Assembly: GCA_964426185.1 (NCBI GenBank)
Contig: CAYRPF010000044.1
Location: forward strand, 1-12,372
Direction of reading: 5' to 3'
DNA: 12,372 nucleotides
DNA from: an uncultured archaeon
GTDB taxonomy: Archaea; Asgardarchaeota; Lokiarchaeia; Sigyniarchaeales; Promethearchaeaceae
Shown here: piece by piece, positions 6,556 to 12,372 of the stretch
Layout: every line of letters starts with the position of its first letter
Position numbering within the stretch: the first letter of the stretch is position 1
The notes under the pieces: model-generated
Databases searched by the model: none
What the model saw: the letters and a program-made list of their open reading frames with translations, nothing else
Told to the model about the DNA's origin: nothing
Translations under genes and position numbers: made by a program

Positions 6556-8118
6556 CTATTCGAATTCTATTGTTGAAGGAGGTTTATTTGAAATATCATA
6601 GACCACGCGATTAAAACCCCGAACTTCGTTAATAATGCGAGAACTAATATTTTCCAGCACATTCCAATCGATTTTTGCAAAATTCGCCGTCATAGCATCG
6701 ATAGATTCCACAATTCGCACCGCACATATATTTTCAAACGTACGAAAATCACCCATAACCCCTACCGATTTTACAGGTAAATAGACTGCAAATGCTTGCC
6801 AAACTTGATGATACAAGCCCGCTTTGGTGATTTCTTCAATGACTATGGCATCGGCTTCACGAAGGATTTCCAATTTCTTCCGAGTAATCGCTCCAATGCA
6901 GCGAACGGCTAAGCCAGGACCCGGAAAAGGATGCCGATGTATTAACTCTTCAGGTAATCCTAATGCTTTGCCTACTTTCCGAACTTCATCCTTATATAAA
7001 TCTTTTAGCGGTTCAATAATTTTTAAAGCCATATTTTCTGGAAGGGTTAAATTGTGATGAGATTTGATTTTACTGGAAGTTTTCCCACCAGTTCCTTTTT
7101 GAGACTCTACCCGATCAGGATAAATGGTACCTTGTGAGAGAAATTCAATATTGGGGAAATTAGACTCAAGTTGACGGGCTTTCTGCTCAAATACCTCAAT
7201 GAAAGTATGTCCTATAATTTTGCGTTTTTCTTCAGGATCAATAATGTCGACCAGGCGGTCTAAAAACAGATCTTCCGCGTCCACCATATGGAAATTTGAA
7301 AACTTCAATTTATCTTGAAACCATCCACAAACTTGTTCTACTTCATTTTTTCGAAGAAGACCGTTATTAACAAAAATTAAGTGAACTTGATCCCGAATCG
7401 CACGGTGTAGTAGCATGGCAACTACTGACGAATCCACCCCACCTGAAAGACCCAAAATTACATGCTTATTTTTAACGGTAGAACGAATTTTCTCGATGGA
7501 TTGATCAATCCAGTCCCCTAATTTCCACGAAGGAACCGCTTGGCATATCTGAAAGAGAAAATTCTTGAACATCTGTTCACCATGCATTGTATGATGAACT
7601 TCAGCATGAAACTGGAAAGAATAAATCTTTTCCTCAGAATTTCCCATAGCAGCAATTGGGCAAGTTTCTGTTGAACCAAATGTCTTAAAACCAGGTGGAA
7701 GTTGTATAACTTGATCCCCATGCGACATCCAAACAGTTTCTTCATCATTCAGCTTAGAGAAAATGAAATCGCGCCGAGAAAGATTTAAAATTGCCTTCCC
7801 AAATTCTTTTTCCTCACGAGATTCAACAATTCCACCATATTGCTGCGCGATCAAATGATGCCCATAACAAAGTCCCAGTAAAGGAATGTGATGCTCCTTG
7901 ATATATTCCCAAACATCAGCAGATGGAAGAGGGGCATCATTTTCATAGACGGATGATGGCCCTCCAGAAAAGATAATCCCTTTAGGATGAAAATGGTCGA
8001 GTTGTTCACGATTGATACTGTAGGGAACAATTTCAGAAAAAACACCTAAATCGCGCACCCTTCGTGCGATCAGATGAGCCAATTGTGAACCGAAATCAAA
8101 CACTAAGATGGTGTCCAT
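6556..8118 (-). CDS. guaA: GMP synthase (glutamine-hydrolysing), fused GATase + ATP-PPase
   Basis: DFGSQ, SGGPSSV, GLCYG, MSHGD, QFHAEV, LSGGVDSSV, DPEEKRKIIG, IKSHHN, HPFPGPGL, KPPSTIEFE. ATG 8118 (alternative GTG 8124). Confidence 0.98.
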   Translation of the reverse strand: MDTILVFDFGSQLAHLIARRVRDLGVFSEIVPYSINREQLDHFHPKGIIFSGGPSSVYENDAPLPSADVWEYIKEHHIPLLGLCYGHHLIAQQYGGIVESREEKEFGKAILNLSRRDFIFSKLNDEETVWMSHGDQVIQLPPGFKTFGSTETCPIAAMGNSEEKIYSFQFHAEVHHTMHGEQMFKNFLFQICQAVPSWKLGDWIDQSIEKIRSTVKNKHVILGLSGGVDSSVVAMLLHRAIRDQVHLIFVNNGLLRKNEVEQVCGWFQDKLKFSNFHMVDAEDLFLDRLVDIIDPEEKRKIIGHTFIEVFEQKARQLESNFPNIEFLSQGTIYPDRVESQKGTGGKTSSKIKSHHNLTLPENMALKIIEPLKDLYKDEVRKVGKALGLPEELIHRHPFPGPGLAVRCIGAITRKKLEILREADAIVIEEITKAGLYHQVWQAFAVYLPVKSVGVMGDFRTFENICAVRIVESIDAMTANFAKIDWNVLENISSRIINEVRGFNRVVYDISNKPPSTIEFE

Positions 8119-8227
8119 GTACACAAGTATTTTATAAGATTGAAAAATTTTGGCAATTGCACCTTAAAATAGGTGATAACTACGATACTACAAATTATAT
8201 AAAAAAAATTTGGATATATTTATGAAT

Positions 8228-8749
8228 TTAACCAGAATGATTTTTCTCCCAAATCTCAATCATTTTTTTTGCATAATGATGAATTTGATCCAAAACATTC
8301 CGATAAACTTCCCATGATGCGCCATATGGATCTTCAACATCACCCTCAAATCCTGCGGCTTCTGCAAAAGTCATGACTTTTAGGAAATTCAAAGAATTAT
8401 TATTCCCGTTTTCGGCAGGATCTAGAAGATCTTTTATATCGACTTTTTGATTTTCCTCCATCACCAATATTAGTTCATGATTTTTAATTAGTTCACGAGT
8501 TATTCTTTTGGATTGGAATTCTGCAGAATTGATCCCCATTAATTCGAGATAATGGGCTGAATGAGCGGACATTTGCTTGAATACGGGAGAAATACCTGCA
8601 GAATCCACGATAATTTCGCGAACTTCAGGAACAGAACTTTGTTTAGAATAATATCGAAGTAAATACTCTCCAACTGGCGATCGGCAAATATTACCTAAGC
8701 ACACAACTAGTATCGATTTGGGGGGGCGTGATTTTGGACTTAATGACAT
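8228..8749 (-). CDS. Low-molecular-weight protein-tyrosine phosphatase
   Basis: P-loop VCLGNICRSP, DSAG, LILVM and the general-acid loop DVEDPYG. ATG 8749 preferred over GTG 8791. Confidence 0.93.
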   Translation of the reverse strand: MSLSPKSRPPKSILVVCLGNICRSPVGEYLLRYYSKQSSVPEVREIIVDSAGISPVFKQMSAHSAHYLELMGINSAEFQSKRITRELIKNHELILVMEENQKVDIKDLLDPAENGNNNSLNFLKVMTFAEAAGFEGDVEDPYGASWEVYRNVLDQIHHYAKKMIEIWEKNHSG

Positions 8750-8825
8750 AACACAATAAATTAAAACATCATCAAATTTCACTTTTTTCACTTAATGCAA
8801 ATATTTTAGAAATGGTTTTTTAAAT

Positions 8826-8866
8826 TATGATGAAACAGCATTATATGTATGATGAAGGGTTGATAA
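8826..8866 (+). promoter_or_regulatory. TATA box of the AGPS-like operon flanked by TATGATGAA direct repeats
   Basis: TTATAT at 8841-8846, ~25-30 nt before ATG 8871 (consistent with a leaderless mRNA). TATGATGAA at 8826-8834 and 8848-8856. Confidence 0.4.
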
Positions 8867-8870
8867 GTTC

Positions 8871-10439
8871 ATGACCGAAAAAAAATCAGAATCTACTAAA
8901 ATTAATGCGTTGTTCTCTCAAAATCGGAGAATTCCAGAGAAAGAAATTCCAGAAATTGTTAGTGAATTATCAAAAATATTTCCAACAGACCGAATTTCTT
9001 GCGAATTAGCCGATAAAATTGCATACAGTAAAGATTATTGGCTAATTGGAAACCTCTTTAACTTGAAGGGTCAGGTTCCCGCTTATCCTGACATTATTGT
9101 TTGGCCTAAAACCGAAGAGGAAGTATCACAATTACTAAAATACGCCTCCCAACACAATCCACCTCTCCCTATAATTCCATATGGAGAAGGATCAGGAGTG
9201 GTGGGGGGAGCAATTCCTATTTTTGGGGGAATAATGGTTGATATGAAGTATTTCGATCATATTAAAATTAACCCAGTTAATATGACTGCTCAGATAGGCG
9301 CGGGAGTTAATGGTAAAAACTTAGAACGCTATCTAAACAAACGAGGATACCGCATGGGGCACATCCCTCAATCACTGTATACTTCAACAGTAGGAGGTTA
9401 TTTCTCCCATCGTGCTGCCGGACAATTCAGCGGTAAATACGGAAAATTTGAAGATATTGTAAAATCATTCCACTTTGTTTTACCTTCGGGTGAAATTCTA
9501 AAAACAAAATTCTATCCCAGAGCCGCTGTAGGACCAATGATAGATAAAATGTTTATTGGTTCCGAAGGAACTTTAGGAATTGTTACTGAAGTTACTTGCA
9601 GGATTTGGCCTTATCCAGAAAAACAAGTAGGTTTATCATTCCTTTTTGATGACTTGAATCAATGTTTGGACGCTATTCGTAAAACTTTACAAGGTCAAAT
9701 AAATCCAGCAGTTATTCGAATTTACGATAAATTGGAAACTAAACGTCATTTCGGCAAGACAGAAAAACGGTCAAAAAATAAATTAATGGTAATTTTTGTC
9801 TGTGAAGGCCCTACTGAAGTGGTAGAATTAGAAGAACAGGTGGTACGGCGAAACTGTTTATATTATCAAGGTGTAGAATGCGGAGATAAACCAGTCCAGC
9901 ACTGGTTTGAAACTCGATTTGTAGTAAAAGAATCGTCAGAATTCTCCCCATACGGCTTAGTACTTGACACAATTGAAGTAGCAATACCGTGGGAACGTGC
10001 CAATGAGTTATACAACACGGTAGTTGAGCGTGTAATGAAATTACCCGGAGTGATCATGGTTTCAGGACATGCGTCTCATTTCTACACCACTGGAGTGTGC
10101 TTCTATTTTACATTTACTGCAGTACCTGAAGAAAATCAATCTCCCTTAGATTTGTATAATCTATGTTGGGATACCACTGTTGCAACTACGTTAGAATGTG
10201 GAGGCGCTATATCGCATCATCATGGTATTGGCATAAACCGCACTAGGTGGATGAAATTAGAACATAAAGGGGAGTTTAAAATATTGCAACAAATCAAAAA
10301 ATTACTAGATCCGATGAATATCATGAATCCGGGAAAATTATACATTGACTTGGATAACGGAAATATAGCTGAAAAAACCCCTTTAAATGAAGAAAAGGAA
10401 ATTGGATTTTATTTGAAACAAAAAATGGGAGAAAATTAA
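8871..10439 (+). CDS. FAD-binding oxidoreductase (VAO/PCMH family), alkyl-dihydroxyacetone-phosphate synthase-like
   Basis: PYGEGSGVVGG, GHIPQS..STVGG..SHRAAGQFSGKYG, GSEGTLGIVTE, IRIYD, DTIEVA, HFYTTGVCFYF, SHHHGIG, LDPMNIMNPGKL. Confidence 0.88.
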   Translation: MTEKKSESTKINALFSQNRRIPEKEIPEIVSELSKIFPTDRISCELADKIAYSKDYWLIGNLFNLKGQVPAYPDIIVWPKTEEEVSQLLKYASQHNPPLPIIPYGEGSGVVGGAIPIFGGIMVDMKYFDHIKINPVNMTAQIGAGVNGKNLERYLNKRGYRMGHIPQSLYTSTVGGYFSHRAAGQFSGKYGKFEDIVKSFHFVLPSGEILKTKFYPRAAVGPMIDKMFIGSEGTLGIVTEVTCRIWPYPEKQVGLSFLFDDLNQCLDAIRKTLQGQINPAVIRIYDKLETKRHFGKTEKRSKNKLMVIFVCEGPTEVVELEEQVVRRNCLYYQGVECGDKPVQHWFETRFVVKESSEFSPYGLVLDTIEVAIPWERANELYNTVVERVMKLPGVIMVSGHASHFYTTGVCFYFTFTAVPEENQSPLDLYNLCWDTTVATTLECGGAISHHHGIGINRTRWMKLEHKGEFKILQQIKKLLDPMNIMNPGKLYIDLDNGNIAEKTPLNEEKEIGFYLKQKMGEN

Positions 10440-10456
10440 TAAAGAGGAAAAAGAAA

Positions 10457-11716
10457 ATGGAAGTATTCAAAAAACTTGCAAAATACAGCTGGATGGTCGA
10501 CATCTTTAAAAATATGAGCAAAACCGAGCGAAAAAACTTCGTCGCCGGATATAAAAATCGCAAACAATACTATACCATGGATGACATCAGCGCCAACCTT
10601 AAAGATATGCTGAAATGTGCCAATTGCCCCAATATGTGCCGTTTCGATTGCCCAGTCCTTCAAATTACCAAGCGCGAAACCTACTCGCCCGCAAAAAAGG
10701 CCCAAATCGGATATTTTCTGGGAATGCACCACATTTCATTTGAAGAAGAAAGCATCAAAAAGACTCTCTATGCTTGCGTAACTTGTGATGCATGCCGAGA
10801 ATGGTGTCCCATGGATATATCCACGGGAGATCTCCTTGTAGAGATGCGGCAAGAATTAGCTTCCAGAGATTTAGCACCAGAATCGGTTCAAAGATTGCAA
10901 AAGTCCGCCATCTATAACGGTTCTGTTTTTGAGGAAAGCCCGTTTAAAGCAGATTCTGAGTTTAATATAAACGATCCGAATCCAGAAGTGTTTTATTACA
11001 TCGGTTGCATGGATATCAAAAAGCGGCCAGAAGCAGTGCGCGCAACCATCAAACTCTTACGTCATCTCAAGATTCCTTTTTCAACACGATTAGATGAGCG
11101 CCAGTGCTGCGGTGGCCCAATATACAAAGCAGGGTTTCGCAAAGAAGCAAAAAACCTCGCACAGCAAAACCAGAAAATTCTGAATGAGTTTCCTGGAAAA
11201 GTGATAATAACCAACTGCCCTGGGTGTTTCTCCGCGTTGAACAAAATATACGAGCAATTGGAGACTCCGGTTAAGGTAAAGATAATTCATTCTATTGAAT
11301 TTTTCTTAGATAAAATTCGGGCAGGAAAATTGAAACTCACAAAACCTATAGAAAGAACCATAACTTTCCACGATCCTTGCTTAATTTCACGTACATCTTC
11401 TGTCAAATGCCATGTAGACGATTTTCGTGAATTGTTTTCGAAGATTCCAGGATTAGTTCTAAAAGAGCCGCAATTACATGGGAAGGAAACCCGTTGTTGT
11501 GGAATGGGGGGCGCATATGCTGTATCTAATCCAGAAGATGCAAAAAAACTTCACAAAGATCGCTACCAACAATTGAAAGAAACATCTTGTGATTGGATCG
11601 TTTCAGCCTGTCCAACATGCGAATATGCTTTAGATCTGGGAAAGGGTGAAGACCAAACAGATCAGACAAAAATTTTGGATTTCATTGAAATTTTAGCCAT
11701 GGGTATTATAAAATAA
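10457..11716 (+). CDS. Fe-S oxidoreductase, GlpC/GlcF/HdrD-like (two 4Fe-4S motifs + two CCG domains)
   Basis: CANCPNMCRFDCP and CVTCDACREWCP; CCG domains IGC..QCCGG..NCPGC and HDPC..RCCGMGG..ACPTC. Starts 17 nt after the upstream gene, with SD GAGGA at 10444-10448. Confidence 0.92.
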   Translation: MEVFKKLAKYSWMVDIFKNMSKTERKNFVAGYKNRKQYYTMDDISANLKDMLKCANCPNMCRFDCPVLQITKRETYSPAKKAQIGYFLGMHHISFEEESIKKTLYACVTCDACREWCPMDISTGDLLVEMRQELASRDLAPESVQRLQKSAIYNGSVFEESPFKADSEFNINDPNPEVFYYIGCMDIKKRPEAVRATIKLLRHLKIPFSTRLDERQCCGGPIYKAGFRKEAKNLAQQNQKILNEFPGKVIITNCPGCFSALNKIYEQLETPVKVKIIHSIEFFLDKIRAGKLKLTKPIERTITFHDPCLISRTSSVKCHVDDFRELFSKIPGLVLKEPQLHGKETRCCGMGGAYAVSNPEDAKKLHKDRYQQLKETSCDWIVSACPTCEYALDLGKGEDQTDQTKILDFIEILAMGIIK

Positions 11717-11728
11717 ATCAGATTCGCC

Positions 11729-11770
11729 TTTTTTCTTTATTTGAATTTCTAATTTCTTATTTTTAATTTC
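11729..11770 (+). terminator. T-rich terminator region between convergent genes
   Basis: Multiple T-runs following the Fe-S gene stop codon. Confidence 0.4.
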
Positions 11771-12289
11771 TTAACTTTTCTCTAAAGTAAAGCGCCAAGC
11801 GCAATAATATTCTTTAGGGTGCACATCTGGAGGGCAACAAATACATTCAGTTTTAATGCGTGGATCAATGGTTTTCGCAAAATATCCATATTCCACAACC
11901 CCAACAGATTTGCATGGAAAATCAGGTAAATTCTTTCGATTTCTAGCGGTTTGAACCCGACAAGCATTCATATAGAATTCACAAGAATTTTCTGTGATAT
12001 TCACAGTTTCTTGCTTATTTATGTTCGCATAAAGTCGATACTTTAGAGCTTCAACTAACCCAGGGATTCCAGGAAGGTCGGGCAAGTTTAAGAATTTTTT
12101 TATTCTTCTTGCTTCAATCTGAGTAAATTTTTTCCAAGCGGTAATATCGTATCGCATGGCAGTTTCAATATCAGTGTCTTGCTCTATTGCTTGGAACCAT
12201 AATCCATCGTGAGCCAACCAATTTTTCGATAAAAGTTCACAATACTCCATCAGTTGTTCTTTCGACAACTTTTCTAAGTCACATCGCAT
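11771..12289 (-). CDS. DUF6125-like protein (putative V4R/H-NOX-like small-ligand-binding fold, Cys metal site)
   Basis: NWLAHDGLWFQAIE, CRVQTARNRKNLPDFPCK and ECICCPPD...CAWRF, recognised from memory as the DUF6125 pattern. Confidence 0.75.
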   Translation of the reverse strand: MRCDLEKLSKEQLMEYCELLSKNWLAHDGLWFQAIEQDTDIETAMRYDITAWKKFTQIEARRIKKFLNLPDLPGIPGLVEALKYRLYANINKQETVNITENSCEFYMNACRVQTARNRKNLPDFPCKSVGVVEYGYFAKTIDPRIKTECICCPPDVHPKEYYCAWRFTLEKS

Positions 12290-12323
12290 ATGTTCAAAAT
12301 AATCGAATCATACAAAAAGTTAT

Positions 12324-12371
12324 TCACCCACTAACAATCGTATTTTTGTCTTCCAACATATTCACCAGATA
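12324..12371 (-). CDS. Possible 3' end of an upstream gene entering from beyond the window (...YLVNMLEDKNTIVSG*)
   Basis: Open frame from the window edge to TGA at 12326-12324, followed by a T-run. Too short to identify, and the frame is uncertain. Confidence 0.3.
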   Translation of the reverse strand, partial: YLVNMLEDKNTIVSG

Positions 12372-12372
12372 A

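Noticed and set aside
8750-8791. GTG-start extension of the LMW-PTP
   Set aside because: It lies in the divergent promoter region, and ATG 8749 gives a typical family length.
8827-8874. C/D box sRNA
   Set aside because: Two box C-like ATGATGA motifs but no CTGA D/D' boxes at proper spacing, and it overlaps the probable TATA box.
8871-10439. Annotation as glcD or D-lactate dehydrogenase
   Set aside because: It lacks HAGDGNxH and EHGxG and has the AGPS-type SHHHG motif instead; gene symbol withheld.
1919-12372. Other short ORFs overlapping called genes (1919-2101, 2392-2646, 3873-4085, 6107-6331, 6824-7057, 7518-7748, 7851-8045, 9866-10057, 10321-10563, 10436-10732, 11062-11244, 11090-11290, 11782-11967, 12187-12372)
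   Set aside because: Antisense or out-of-frame shadows of recognisable genes, with no independent evidence.

Overview
AT-rich archaeal chromosomal window, most likely Asgard (Lokiarchaeia-like). This assignment is inferred from an RPB6-like Rpo6, a Rab-like GTPase without a prenylation motif, a 7TM protein with a longin-like tail, a CCA-less tRNA and TATA/oligo-T signals. Contents in order: a hairpin-rich non-coding stretch; tRNA-Val(CAC) and rpoK (-); TVP38/TMEM64 (DedA/VTT) membrane protein, GNAT acetyltransferase, Rab-like small GTPase, and a ~700-aa multi-TM + EEP phosphodiesterase resembling eukaryotic Cwh43/PGAP2IP (+); 7TM-longin-like protein, fused GMP synthase and LMW protein-tyrosine phosphatase (-); an operon of an alkyl-DHAP-synthase-like flavoprotein and a GlpC/HdrD-like Fe-S/CCG protein (+); and a DUF6125-like protein (-). 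The main theme is membrane-lipid remodelling with eukaryote-like signalling parts. The strongest leads are the Cwh43-like enzyme with an apparently intact active site behind a periodic palindromic operator array, an AGPS-like enzyme coupled to an electron-transfer subunit, and a 7TM-longin protein near an atypical GTPase. Family assignments come from motif recognition by eye; no searches were run.
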